Positions 9,380 to 18,683 of a stretch of 64,000 nt of DNA are shown here, in pieces. Source of the DNA: Rubripirellula sp. (GTDB taxonomy: Bacteria; Planctomycetota; Planctomycetia; Pirellulales; Pirellulaceae); assembly GCA_965216875.1 (NCBI GenBank), contig OZ244207.1, positions 6,656,001 to 6,720,000 of the forward strand, in the 5' to 3' direction. Below the pieces are notes generated by a model. The model saw nothing but the letters and a program-made list of their open reading frames with translations. It made no database searches and was not told where the DNA came from. Both the position numbers and the translations under genes were made by a program. Every line of letters starts with the position of its first letter. Position 1 is the stretch's first letter.

Positions 9380-10477
9380 ATGACCGGATCACGAGAACCG
9401 CGACGACGCGTGTCGGCACCGTTTCGAAAGATTTTTATCGGTGTCACCCTCTTTCTGCTGATCTGTTTGGTCGCAGTGATTGGCTACATGGCAGCCGGAT
9501 GGAGTCTCGCCGATTCGGTCTACATGGTGATCATCACGATCTTTGGTGTCGGTTACGGCGAAGTTCAACCTGTCCAATCACCCGTTCTTCGTGCTCTGAC
9601 GATCTGGGTGATCATTTCGGGATATGCAGCGGTGATCTACACCGTGGGTGGGTTCATGCAAATGTTGATCGATGGTGAGCTGAACAATGCACTTGGAGCA
9701 AGAAAGATGACCCGCGAGATTGAACGATTGAGCAACCATACGATCATCTGTGGCGTTGGCCGAATGGGGACGATCTTGGCCAAAGAGCTTCAAGCCAGTG
9801 ACAAGCCATTTGTCGTGATCGACAACGATCCATTGCGAGTGCAGGAAGCCCAGCATCGAGGCTATCTCGCCATTCAAGGGGATGCGACCGAAGAATTTGT
9901 GTTGGACCAGGCCGGCATCGAGCGCGCAGCGGTGGTCGCGACCGTCCTTGCCGATGACGCACCCAACGTTTTTATTACCGTTACCGCTCGCGAGATGAAT
10001 AGCGACGTGATCATCATCGCGCGCGGCGAAAACCCGCGGACTGAAAAAAAGTTGCTCGGGTGTGGCGCCGACAAAGTCGTTTTGCCGACGGCGATTGGGG
10101 CAACCAAAATGGCACACCTGATCGTTCGCCCCAGCGCCGAGAACTTGCTAGAAGAGATCGCGCATCAATCAAGTTTGAATGACGAACTCGGCCAAATCGG
10201 TTTGCACTTTCATGACCTTGCCGTCGTCGACGGTTCTCCACTGGTCGGTCGGCCGCTCGGCGACATCGAACTCAAAAGCAACCATGGTTTCTTGATTGTC
10301 GGCATCCGTCGCGCCGACGGAACCACCATCGTCAATCCGGCCAGTGATTCGAAACTCGCCGATGGAGACCAAGTCATCGTGCTTGGCCATGAACAGGATA
10401 TCCCGCAACTCGCCAAGAAGTTCACGACCCCCGGTCAACAATTGATGTACCGCGGCGTGAAGTTGCCGGCATCCTAG
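9380..10477 (+). CDS. Potassium channel protein (2TM pore + TrkA-N/TrkA-C RCK domains)
   Basis: Two TM helices around ITIFGVGYGEV; HTIICGVGRMG Rossmann motif; GDATEE; C-terminal TrkA-C. Confidence 0.92.
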   Translation: MTGSREPRRRVSAPFRKIFIGVTLFLLICLVAVIGYMAAGWSLADSVYMVIITIFGVGYGEVQPVQSPVLRALTIWVIISGYAAVIYTVGGFMQMLIDGELNNALGARKMTREIERLSNHTIICGVGRMGTILAKELQASDKPFVVIDNDPLRVQEAQHRGYLAIQGDATEEFVLDQAGIERAAVVATVLADDAPNVFITVTAREMNSDVIIIARGENPRTEKKLLGCGADKVVLPTAIGATKMAHLIVRPSAENLLEEIAHQSSLNDELGQIGLHFHDLAVVDGSPLVGRPLGDIELKSNHGFLIVGIRRADGTTIVNPASDSKLADGDQVIVLGHEQDIPQLAKKFTTPGQQLMYRGVKLPAS

Positions 10478-10491
10478 CTGCAACGAGATCC

Positions 10492-10824
10492 CTATTTTGC
10501 TGGCAGTGTTCGAGCGTACTTCACTCCGCGCTCGATCCATGCTTTGAGGTCTTCGTCGGACTCGATGCCGGCAGGATCCACGCGCGCCCAGCCCTTCATC
10601 ACCTTGCCGGTGATGTCCATCGGTTGGGCATGGGGAAGCGCTTGGGTCTGGTCGTGGTTGGCTTTGTCCAGCCGCACGATCAGTGACCCTTTCCATGGTC
10701 CAACACACATGTTGCCGTTGATCATGAACGCGATTCCGCCGAACATTTTTTGTTCCGAGTAACCTTTGCGGCGTTTCATCATCGGGCGGATTCGGGCGAC
10801 CAAGGCTTCATCGTCTTCGGTCAT
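10492..10824 (-). CDS. TfoX/Sxy N-terminal domain protein
   Basis: EQKMFGGIAFMINGNMCVG, MKGWARV and LKAWIERG. Confidence 0.85.
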   Translation of the reverse strand: MTEDDEALVARIRPMMKRRKGYSEQKMFGGIAFMINGNMCVGPWKGSLIVRLDKANHDQTQALPHAQPMDITGKVMKGWARVDPAGIESDEDLKAWIERGVKYARTLPAK

Positions 10825-10868
10825 GTTGGGCTCCTAGGGGCGGGAACTCGTTGATGCATGGACAAGAT

Positions 10869-10884
10869 TGGCACGAAGGATGCA
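10869..10884 (+). promoter_or_regulatory. Candidate sigma54 (-24/-12) promoter
   Basis: TGGCAC-GAAGG-ATGCA, ~47 nt upstream of the STAS gene start. Confidence 0.55.
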
Positions 10885-10930
10885 CTGATATTGAATGACT
10901 TATCAGATTCACTGTGAAGGACGCACCACG

Positions 10931-11224
10931 ATGCCAGCGATATTGGAAACATCTCAGCCAGCCATTTCGAGTGACAATTGGTTCGAAGATGCGACCAACG
11001 CAGCACAAGCATCCGCTGATGAAGAGGTAGTGGTCGATATCTCTTCGTTAGTTCGCGTACATAGCGCGGACCTTGATCGGATGATTCGGATGCACCTCTC
11101 TCTCAAGCATGAGGGGCGACGTTTGGTCTTTAAGCACGCGCAACATCAAGTGCACCAAACCTTTACGATCACCCGCCTCGATCGATTGATCGAAATGCGC
11201 GATCCGCAATCACCCGACGCCTAG
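10931..11224 (+). CDS. STAS domain protein (anti-sigma factor antagonist-like)
   Basis: VVVDISSLVRVHSADL...VHQTFTITRLDRLI; ATG at 10931 after GAAGGA. Confidence 0.8.
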   Translation: MPAILETSQPAISSDNWFEDATNAAQASADEEVVVDISSLVRVHSADLDRMIRMHLSLKHEGRRLVFKHAQHQVHQTFTITRLDRLIEMRDPQSPDA

Positions 11225-11324
11225 ACGCGCCAGGATAAAGGTACTTACCTGCCTACGAAACGCTCACTGTGCGCGCACGCTGTGCAGTTTGCGCAATAAC
11301 GACGAAGTTGCACCGTCTTCAGTG

Positions 11325-11348
11325 GCAGAAAATTTCGAAATTTTTTGC
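11325..11348. other. AT-rich palindrome between convergent genes (possible terminator or binding site)
   Basis: Perfect AAAATTTCGAAATTTT at 11329-11344, extendable to GCAG...TTGC. Confidence 0.35.
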
Positions 11349-11365
11349 GCTGAACGCGATGTGTA

Positions 11366-12310
11366 TCACAGCCCTCGTTTCTGCATCCAAGCGTTGATCG
11401 CCTTGCCGATCGCGTCGGGCTGATCTTCTTGCATGAAGTGACCACCTTTGCCGACAGGTTGGATGTCAACATTGCTCAAGTTTGTTCTGATCCAGTCGAC
11501 TTGCCGTTGATGTCCAACCACTGCATGACTGATCGTCAGTATCAGCTTGGGGTGGCTCGATCGCGTGAGACCTCTTAGGTACGCGGCTTGAACATCATGC
11601 GATGCTTTGGGCGAGCCGCTGATTGGGAAGTCGACCCAAAGTGACATCAGGGTTCTGCGTTGCTCTTTGGTTTTGAACGGCTCGCGATACGCATCAAGCT
11701 CTGATTGGTCGAGCTCTCTCAGCGTCATGTATTGCAACATGTTTGCGGCTGAGTCTTGGTTCACAGTCATCTCGACCAGGAACTCAGGTTCTTCGCGAAT
11801 GCGTTTCATGTAGTCGGCAGCTTCAGGTTCCATGTTCTCCCACGTATCTTGCAACAACATTGACTCCATGCAAACGATCGCTTTGATTTTGTCTTGATGA
11901 TTCATCGCATAGTTGAGTCCAACAAACGATCCCATGTCGTGGACAACTAACGTGATTTCTTTGAGGCCGAGCGAATCGATGAATCTATCGAAGTGCTTGG
12001 TCTGCACGGCCAACGTGTTTTCGGCATCAGGTTTGTCGGACCGTCCAAAGCCGATCAAATCAACTGCGATGACGCGGCCACGGTCTTCCAGGTGTGGAAC
12101 AACGTTTCGCCAGAGATAGGACCACGAAGGGATACCGTGGACCAAAACAATCGGATCGCCATCACCTCCGGTGTCGACATAGTGCATCTTTGCACCATGC
12201 ACCTCGACGTAGGACGATTCGTAGTTGCTTCCGGTCCAAGCAACGGATTGCGATTTCGCCTGAGAGCTCAGGAGTAAGAGAGCTGCAAGAATTGTGACGG
12301 TGCGCCCCAT
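11366..12310 (-). CDS. Haloalkane dehalogenase-like alpha/beta hydrolase, secreted
   Basis: MHYVDTG, HGIPSWSYLWRNV, DLIGFGRSDKP, VVHDMGS, CMES and GGHFMQED; N-terminal signal peptide. Confidence 0.85.
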   Translation of the reverse strand: MGRTVTILAALLLLSSQAKSQSVAWTGSNYESSYVEVHGAKMHYVDTGGDGDPIVLVHGIPSWSYLWRNVVPHLEDRGRVIAVDLIGFGRSDKPDAENTLAVQTKHFDRFIDSLGLKEITLVVHDMGSFVGLNYAMNHQDKIKAIVCMESMLLQDTWENMEPEAADYMKRIREEPEFLVEMTVNQDSAANMLQYMTLRELDQSELDAYREPFKTKEQRRTLMSLWVDFPISGSPKASHDVQAAYLRGLTRSSHPKLILTISHAVVGHQRQVDWIRTNLSNVDIQPVGKGGHFMQEDQPDAIGKAINAWMQKRGL

Positions 12311-12401
12311 GACTTTATCCACGACAATATTCTAGTAACGTGACATCGAGACCATGGCAGGATTGTACTTGAACGATGGGCGCTGGCCGTGTCGCAAAAC
12401 G

Positions 12402-14180
12402 CTAGTCAATGACCTTGATTTGGACGGACGACGTGTATAGCAGCGGTGTTGGTCCATCCTTACTGACAGCAAACGGAATGTAGTCGCTTCCACAGATTGA
12501 TTCAGCGGTCGGGTCGACTTGCATCCAGCCTATCCCATCAAGGTGGACCTCGGCCCACACATGGCCTTCGCTTTCGTGGAGCCATCCGAGTACCTGACGC
12601 GCCGGAATGCCGCTGGCACGACACAAAGTGATAAAGAGATCGGAGAAGTCCCAGCAATGACCGAAGCGTTGCTCAAGGACTTTGTTGACGCCATAACGTG
12701 AACCGACCACCGAGCCTCCAAATCGAACATGGTCGCCCGGCGCGACCCACCGCAAAATCGCCAGCATCTTCTCGCGATCGGACTCCTTTCCCGTCGTGAT
12801 CGTTGTGGCAAGCTCGCGGATCGCCGTATCCTCCGCGGGCCAAACGGTAGTCGCCGACGTCAGTCGCCGCACATCGATCGATTCGGTCTTGAGTACGCCA
12901 CCGGTTTGGCAAGTGATCCTGCCCGTCACGGAAACCCATGGCACCTGCACTCGCTGCGGCAATCTTGCAAACCTGAACTCGGTCACATCGCCGACCTTGG
13001 TCATTGCCGTTGGCTGTGGGACCAACTTCCATTTGGATTGAACGCTTCCGATGCCCGTCGTGCGAAGGCGAAGCGTGGTGTCGAACTGAAACCGTTTTGC
13101 GGTTTCCAAAATCGATGCTTCAACCGACAGGCGTTCGCTGGACCTCGCCGAATTCAATCGCTCATGCCGCAGGAACTGGTTGAAGAGTCTGTTCCAATGC
13201 ATGTCATCGGAAGCAGAAAGTGGAGCGGCGTCGAACTGCACCTGATAGGTAACCCGCCTGGGCTGGAGCCCAAGTTCGTATCGCGCTGTAAGTGCAAGCT
13301 GCATTTGGTCGCGGTTTCGCGCGACCAGTTCGTAGATCGTCTTTCCGCGGCGGCAGACCAGTCGCTTGTTCGCCTTGCCTTGACGCAACTTGGCGTTGGC
13401 GGCATCCGCATCCTGCTCGGTGGCACACTGAATTGTGTTGATCTGAATTGCCCTTCCCTGTTTGACCAGCGTCGTATTGGAAAGTCCCGAAAGGCGGCCT
13501 CCGAGTTTGTTCGAGAACTGCGAAAGTTGTTGCGAAGGAATCGTGCTCGTCTTCTGAAGCGACCAACCCGCAGGCAACGTTTGTGGGAATCGAGGTATCG
13601 GCTCGTCCGCTACGATGGCTTTAGCGCCCAGGAGAATCAGGACAACGAAAGCGATGATCGCAACCAGAGTCAGCAATGGGCGATGCATCCGTTGGCGGAC
13701 TTCGTCGGCAGTGCGGCTCGTGCCAAGCTGGCGAGTAAGGTTCGTGCTTTTGGCGTCGCGAACGATGCGAATGAAACGAATCCATTTGCAGTCGCGGCAA
13801 TAACCCAGCGTGTATTTGTGGAAGGAGCGAGCACCGATTCTGGTGATGCCCAGCTTCGATGCGGGGGCGCTGCGCCCGCATTTCGTACAACAAGCTCGCC
13901 AACCCGGGGCGAGACTTGCAAACCGCGCGTTTATGGGGTCGCCCGAATCGGCGTATTCCTCGGCGATCTGTTCGGGAGAGCCATAGGTTTCCACGAAATG
14001 TGAATAGACTTCGTCGTCACGAAGGTTGGGCTCGGCAAGCATAAGGGCGTCATGGTTCGCTTGCAGGAACTCGCGCGCATCGCCTAGGGCCTCTTCGGGG
14101 ACGACGCCTGCATGTTGCTTCAGCTCGAGTTCAAGGGCTTCGAGATACCTTTGAACGGGAACGCCCAGGACTGACGTCAT
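12402..14180 (-). CDS. Membrane protein: HAAS-like N-terminus, zinc ribbon, TM helix, transglutaminase-like domain
   Basis: RYLEALELEL...YGSPEQIAEEY; CTKC...CRDC; hydrophobic LLTLVAIIAFVVLILLG; triad GHCWDF / GHVWAEV / VDPT. Confidence 0.85.
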   Translation of the reverse strand: MTSVLGVPVQRYLEALELELKQHAGVVPEEALGDAREFLQANHDALMLAEPNLRDDEVYSHFVETYGSPEQIAEEYADSGDPINARFASLAPGWRACCTKCGRSAPASKLGITRIGARSFHKYTLGYCRDCKWIRFIRIVRDAKSTNLTRQLGTSRTADEVRQRMHRPLLTLVAIIAFVVLILLGAKAIVADEPIPRFPQTLPAGWSLQKTSTIPSQQLSQFSNKLGGRLSGLSNTTLVKQGRAIQINTIQCATEQDADAANAKLRQGKANKRLVCRRGKTIYELVARNRDQMQLALTARYELGLQPRRVTYQVQFDAAPLSASDDMHWNRLFNQFLRHERLNSARSSERLSVEASILETAKRFQFDTTLRLRTTGIGSVQSKWKLVPQPTAMTKVGDVTEFRFARLPQRVQVPWVSVTGRITCQTGGVLKTESIDVRRLTSATTVWPAEDTAIRELATTITTGKESDREKMLAILRWVAPGDHVRFGGSVVGSRYGVNKVLEQRFGHCWDFSDLFITLCRASGIPARQVLGWLHESEGHVWAEVHLDGIGWMQVDPTAESICGSDYIPFAVSKDGPTPLLYTSSVQIKVID

Positions 14181-14535
14181 CGTTCGGCTCCAAAAACGAA
14201 TCAACAAACTCTTTCGTGTTTCGCCACGTTTCAGTCCAAAGCCGGAGTGCGGTTCGGCCATCACGAGTGATCTTGTAATACTTTCGTGGCGGACCGCTCG
14301 CCGATGGTTTGACCTCGCTGCTAAGCAACCCCTGCTTTTCAAGCGACCGCAAAACGGGATAGAGGGCTCCTTGGTTCATCGGTAACCCATGTTCCGCCCG
14401 CGACTCAAGCTGCTTGGCAATTTCATACCCGTACATGGCCCGCCGCTCTTGGCGCATCAATCCCAGTAGCACGATCGAAACCGCGCCCGAATTGAGTTCT
14501 TTCTGAAACTTTGACGTCGCTTTGTTTCGTTCCAT
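14131..14535 (-). CDS. PadR family transcriptional regulator
   Basis: MYGYEIAKQL, GALYPVLRSLEKQGLL and GPPRKYYKITRDG. Confidence 0.95.
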   Translation of the reverse strand: MERNKATSKFQKELNSGAVSIVLLGLMRQERRAMYGYEIAKQLESRAEHGLPMNQGALYPVLRSLEKQGLLSSEVKPSASGPPRKYYKITRDGRTALRLWTETWRNTKEFVDSFLEPNDDVSPGRSRSKVSRSP

Positions 14536-14649
14536 AGATCACCATCTGGACCTGATATGGCTATGCTATACATAAGTTGTCAGTAGTCAAGCTGAGATCA
14601 ACGAATTGCCTCAGGCGGATTCGTTCCCTACCCGCTTGGAGTATGGCGG

Positions 14650-15729
14650 TCACTTTGCCGGCGTGAGTAAACCGATCCGCCACTGAAAGGCTCCGTAGCC
14701 CTTGTTGGATTTGTCGCGCTGGAGCATGCCCTGAAAGACGAAGCGAAAGTTCGTGGGGTCGATCGTCATTGTTTCATCGATGCCGTCGCGCACAAGTTCA
14801 CCGTGGCTGACATTGTCGGTCCAATGCTCAACACCCGAGGCGGGACGGATATTCATCGCACTGGCGAATGGCTTTTGAAAACTGTCCGCGATAGGTGTCC
14901 AGTCTCCGTCAAGGCTGTCAGCGAGATACGCTTTGTAGTATCGCTGACCACTCGCCTCGATGACCGTTAGGTATTGGTCACGGTCTTTTAGCTTGTAGGT
15001 GTGGCTTGCCTCAAAGATCTGAGCCTTCAGAGCAAGTTCGCAGTTGTCGAACCCACTTGGGAAATCTTGCAAACGTGTTGTCAGACGCCACATGCGTCCG
15101 TCGAGGCTGGTGAGGAACAAATAGGCTCGATCGTCATCGCAAACGATCCAGTAGTCGAGTCCGCCGACCTTGCGTGGGTCTTCTGGGCCGCCATCAAGCA
15201 TCGGGCGTGCCTTTGTCCACGAAGTTGGATCCGTGATGTCGGGCGTCGTCGAGTAGGCCACCCACATCATCTTCGTGTCGGCGGTTCCAACTTGGTAGAT
15301 CAGGTACCACTTTTTGTGTGGTCGAAAGTAGAAGACTTGTGGCGCGCAGAAGTACTTGCTCTCACTTACTTCCAAACGCGCTCGTTTGGAGGTGTTTGCT
15401 TCGTCCCAGGAGGCAAAGGAACAGTATTCGATCGCCGACCGTCCTGGAAGTTTGACGGTCATGAACACATGCCACCGACCATCATGAAAGACGACCGTTG
15501 GGTCTTTCTGCGCCCGGCTACGTTCAGCGGCTTGAGTGTCCGGAGAGATAAGGGGTGCGCTGTATTCCCATTTGGCAGGCAGCTCCCAGTGAGCGTTCGA
15601 ACGCGTTCCCTGGGCCGAAGCCGAGTCGGTGATAATGCAAACCACAAACAAGAGTGCGATCAAGCAAATCGCCGTCTCAATGAACGCTTTGTATCGCCGC
15701 CTCAGAGTGTTTTTTACATCGTGGATCAT
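14650..15729 (-). CDS. GH62-like alpha-L-arabinofuranosidase family protein
   Basis: KDPTVV...WHVFMT, CAPQVFYF, LDYWIVCD, FEASHTYK and WTDNVSHGEL; signal peptide. Confidence 0.85.
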   Translation of the reverse strand: MIHDVKNTLRRRYKAFIETAICLIALLFVVCIITDSASAQGTRSNAHWELPAKWEYSAPLISPDTQAAERSRAQKDPTVVFHDGRWHVFMTVKLPGRSAIEYCSFASWDEANTSKRARLEVSESKYFCAPQVFYFRPHKKWYLIYQVGTADTKMMWVAYSTTPDITDPTSWTKARPMLDGGPEDPRKVGGLDYWIVCDDDRAYLFLTSLDGRMWRLTTRLQDFPSGFDNCELALKAQIFEASHTYKLKDRDQYLTVIEASGQRYYKAYLADSLDGDWTPIADSFQKPFASAMNIRPASGVEHWTDNVSHGELVRDGIDETMTIDPTNFRFVFQGMLQRDKSNKGYGAFQWRIGLLTPAK

Positions 15730-15902
15730 GTTGGATTCTCTGCGATCTACCTCGACTGCAACCCGGATGGTTTAACAGCATACCCGTACGAAGCGTCCCC
15801 CGCCTTTGGGAGCAAAGCAACGCATTGGGAGCACAAACAGGATACGATGGAGATCCTTTCCCTCTACCCTTTCGAACCCCACCCTTTTTTCGGTATTCGA
15901 CC

Positions 15903-16979
15903 ATGAGTTCTCTCCACAGGTATGGCTCTGCGTTTGCAGCATTCGCGTTCGCTTTGCTGTCGGTAACCGCTGCTGCTCAGGACGCGAACCAATCGGATGC
16001 CGATCGAAATGGCGCGGCCGACGACAAGCCAGTTCAGGTCTACATCTTGCTCGGGCAATCCAACATGCTCGGCTTCGGGAAGGTTGGACCAGCCGAAAAA
16101 GAAGGAACGCTCACGCACGCTGTCCGGAGCAAAGGCCTCTATCCCTATCTCGTAGAAAAGGATGGCAATTGGACGGTGCGAGACGATGTTCGCAATGTCC
16201 GCGTGATGGGAAGCGGAACCGGCGCGATGCGTCTATTCAACAACGAGTGGATGACGATCAAGGGCAACATCGGTCCCGAAATTGGAATCGGTCATCAAGT
16301 TGGCGATCATGTCGACGCCCCGGTGCTGATCCTGAAAAGTTGTATTGGCAATCGAGCGTTGGGGTGGGACTTGCTGCCACCAGGAGGCGAAGGGTTTGAG
16401 TTCACCGATGACAAAGGCGTCACCTGGGTCCATCCTGGCTACAAAGGCACGCCCGAACGCTGGAAGAAAGGTACGGAGCCCAAAAAGATCAAGTGGTACG
16501 CTGGCATGCAGTACGACGGCGATGTTGCCAGAGCAAAGAAGGTCCTGGAAAACCTTGGTGAATATTATCCAGGAGCGACCGAGTACGAAGTTGCCGGCTT
16601 TTTCTGGTGGCAAGGAGATCGCGACAGTCGAAGCGCCGCGCTTGCGTCACGCTATGAACGGAACCTCGCACATCTGATCAGACAGCTTCGAGAAGACTTC
16701 AATGCACCCAACGCAAAATTTGTTTGCGCGACGTTGGGCCAGACCGAGAAAGGAGCGACCGACAACGGCGGCAAACTCCTCGACGCCATGTTTGCAGTCG
16801 ACGGCGATTCAGGAAAATACCCCGAGTTCAAGGACAACGTCGCCGCCGTCTACACGCATCCCCTTTCGCAAGGCGGCAGTTCGGGAGGCCACTATGGAGG
16901 CAACGCCGAGACCTACATGAACGTCGGTGAAGCGATGGGCAAAGCAATGGTCGCGTTGCTCAAAGCCAACGGCGAGTAA
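15903..16979 (+). CDS. Sialate O-acetylesterase (SASA/SGNH) domain protein
   Basis: Signal peptide; VYILLGQSNM, IGPEIG, FFWWQGDRD and GGHYGGNA. Confidence 0.85.
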   Translation: MSSLHRYGSAFAAFAFALLSVTAAAQDANQSDADRNGAADDKPVQVYILLGQSNMLGFGKVGPAEKEGTLTHAVRSKGLYPYLVEKDGNWTVRDDVRNVRVMGSGTGAMRLFNNEWMTIKGNIGPEIGIGHQVGDHVDAPVLILKSCIGNRALGWDLLPPGGEGFEFTDDKGVTWVHPGYKGTPERWKKGTEPKKIKWYAGMQYDGDVARAKKVLENLGEYYPGATEYEVAGFFWWQGDRDSRSAALASRYERNLAHLIRQLREDFNAPNAKFVCATLGQTEKGATDNGGKLLDAMFAVDGDSGKYPEFKDNVAAVYTHPLSQGGSSGGHYGGNAETYMNVGEAMGKAMVALLKANGE

Positions 16980-17102
16980 CCGCCCTCGATCTTTCAAGCG
17001 GCCTTGGAATGGGTTGCGGGGTGTGCGGTAGCGGCACGCTTCGCCTCGAGAGCACATGTGCAACCGTCGCGATCGGCGCGGATTGTGCCCCATTGAGTGA
17101 AT

Positions 17103-17117
17103 TGGCACGTCCTTTGC
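17103..17117 (+). promoter_or_regulatory. Candidate sigma54 (-24/-12) promoter
   Basis: TGGCAC-GTCCT-TTGC, intergenic and upstream of the 17196 gene. Confidence 0.55.
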
Positions 17118-17195
17118 CCGGAAAGCGCCAAGATGTTGGTTCGCCCGGTCTCGTTGAATGAATGTTAGTACTGCACTGCAATTGGAATCTCGTTT

Positions 17196-18602
17196 TTGAT
17201 ACTTCATCGATCTGCTTCACGTTTCCGTTTCAAGGCGGACCGAATTCCACTTGCCGTCTCCCTTATGTTGGTCGGCTTGATGGCTACATCGATCCATGCG
17301 CAGACCGATTCGGTGCAAGGTGAACAGGCTGACTTCACGGTCGATGTCGATATCGAGCAGCCACCGTTCAGGTATTCCAAGACCGACGATGACAATCCTG
17401 TTAGCCGGTGGATCGATCGCTTGGATTCGGGCGAGGCATCTCTCGAATCTTCCTCCAAGATCGGATACCTGCGCGCCATTCTTGAGGCCTTGGATGTTTC
17501 GCCCGCAACCCAAACACTCGTCTTTTCACGCACGAGTTTGCAGGTCAATCACATCTCGCGGCGCAACCCTCGCGCGCTCTACTTCAATGATGATGTCTAC
17601 GTTGGCTGGATACGCGGCAGTCCTTTGATGGAGATTTCGACCGCCGATCCAAAACTGGGTGCGGCTTTCTATACCGTTGATACTTCGATCGAGCCTCCGC
17701 GGGTCAAGCGTGAGTCGTACACATGCCTTGGTTGCCATGCGACCTCGATGACCCAACGCGTTCCCGGTCATACGATGCGCAGTGTGTTCACCGACTTTAC
17801 GGGCAACATTCAATCGCAACGCGCGGCTTACATCACCGATGATACAAGTCCACTGTCGGAGCGTTGGGGAGGCTGGTACGTCACGGGGCAGCACGGGGAC
17901 ATGACGCACATGGGCAACGCGAGTGGTCGCAGTGGAGAGGCTGACAATGGCAACTTGCAAAGCCTGAGTCGCGAATTCAACACGCTCGACTATCTGAGAT
18001 CTTCAAGTGACATCGTTGCATTGATGGTGCTCGGCCACCAAACCCAAATGCACAACGTGATGACGCGTGCCGACTTTTCGGTACGCCAATGGCAGTATGA
18101 ACGTGAAACCTCGGTAGCGGATGACACCCCCGGCACTACGTCTGGTGGCGACCCCGATTCAGCGCCAGAGGCAGAGGTTGAACTTCAGACTCGGATCGAA
18201 GCAACCGCACGGCAGGTGGTGCGTTCGCTTCTGTTTTGTGACGAGACGCAGCTCACAGACGAAGTCAAAGGGTCCATCCTGTTTGCCAAATCATTCACGC
18301 GGCGAGGCCCCGAAGATCAGCAAGGCCGGTCTCTCCGAGAATTCGATTTGAAAACCAGGTTGTTTCGATACCCTTGTAGCTACCTGATCTACTCTGACGC
18401 ATTTAGCAAACTCTCGGAACCACTTCGTCAAGAAATCTTGAGGCAATTGCACGCAGTGCTCTCTGGCGTAGACAAGTCTCGCGAGTTTGAGCATTTGAGC
18501 GATGCATTGCGTGAAGAAATTCTCGAGATCTTGATCGAAACTCACGACGAGTTTCGGAGTGTCGACCCGGCTCGCAGCAATCAAGCGCGCGGCAATTCCT
18601 AA
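17196..18602 (+). CDS. Secreted monoheme cytochrome c-like hypothetical protein (planctomycete type)
   Basis: Signal-like N-terminus, single CLGCH, NPRALYFNDDVYVG, ERWGGWYVTG and SLREFDLKTRLFRYPCSYLIYS; start uncertain. Confidence 0.75.
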   Translation: MILHRSASRFRFKADRIPLAVSLMLVGLMATSIHAQTDSVQGEQADFTVDVDIEQPPFRYSKTDDDNPVSRWIDRLDSGEASLESSSKIGYLRAILEALDVSPATQTLVFSRTSLQVNHISRRNPRALYFNDDVYVGWIRGSPLMEISTADPKLGAAFYTVDTSIEPPRVKRESYTCLGCHATSMTQRVPGHTMRSVFTDFTGNIQSQRAAYITDDTSPLSERWGGWYVTGQHGDMTHMGNASGRSGEADNGNLQSLSREFNTLDYLRSSSDIVALMVLGHQTQMHNVMTRADFSVRQWQYERETSVADDTPGTTSGGDPDSAPEAEVELQTRIEATARQVVRSLLFCDETQLTDEVKGSILFAKSFTRRGPEDQQGRSLREFDLKTRLFRYPCSYLIYSDAFSKLSEPLRQEILRQLHAVLSGVDKSREFEHLSDALREEILEILIETHDEFRSVDPARSNQARGNS

Positions 18603-18603
18603 C

Positions 18604-18632
18604 GCTACGGATTGCAATTGCGCTTCCACCAG
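18604..18632. repeat. Isolated end of the MITE-like element at 27420-27645
   Basis: GCTACGGATTGCAATTGCGCTTCCACCAG matches the reverse complement of 27614-27642 at 28/29 nt. Confidence 0.75.
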
Positions 18633-18683
18633 CAGGAATCCTTGCCCAAGTTCACCCAACGCATGTTGCGGCTGCGTCATTGC

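Noticed and set aside
12729..14003. 424-aa plus-strand ORF
   Set aside because: It is antisense to the transglutaminase-like gene and has no motifs; such shadows are common in GC-rich DNA (likewise 15001-15906, 24514-25464, 40185-41081 and 62233-62985).
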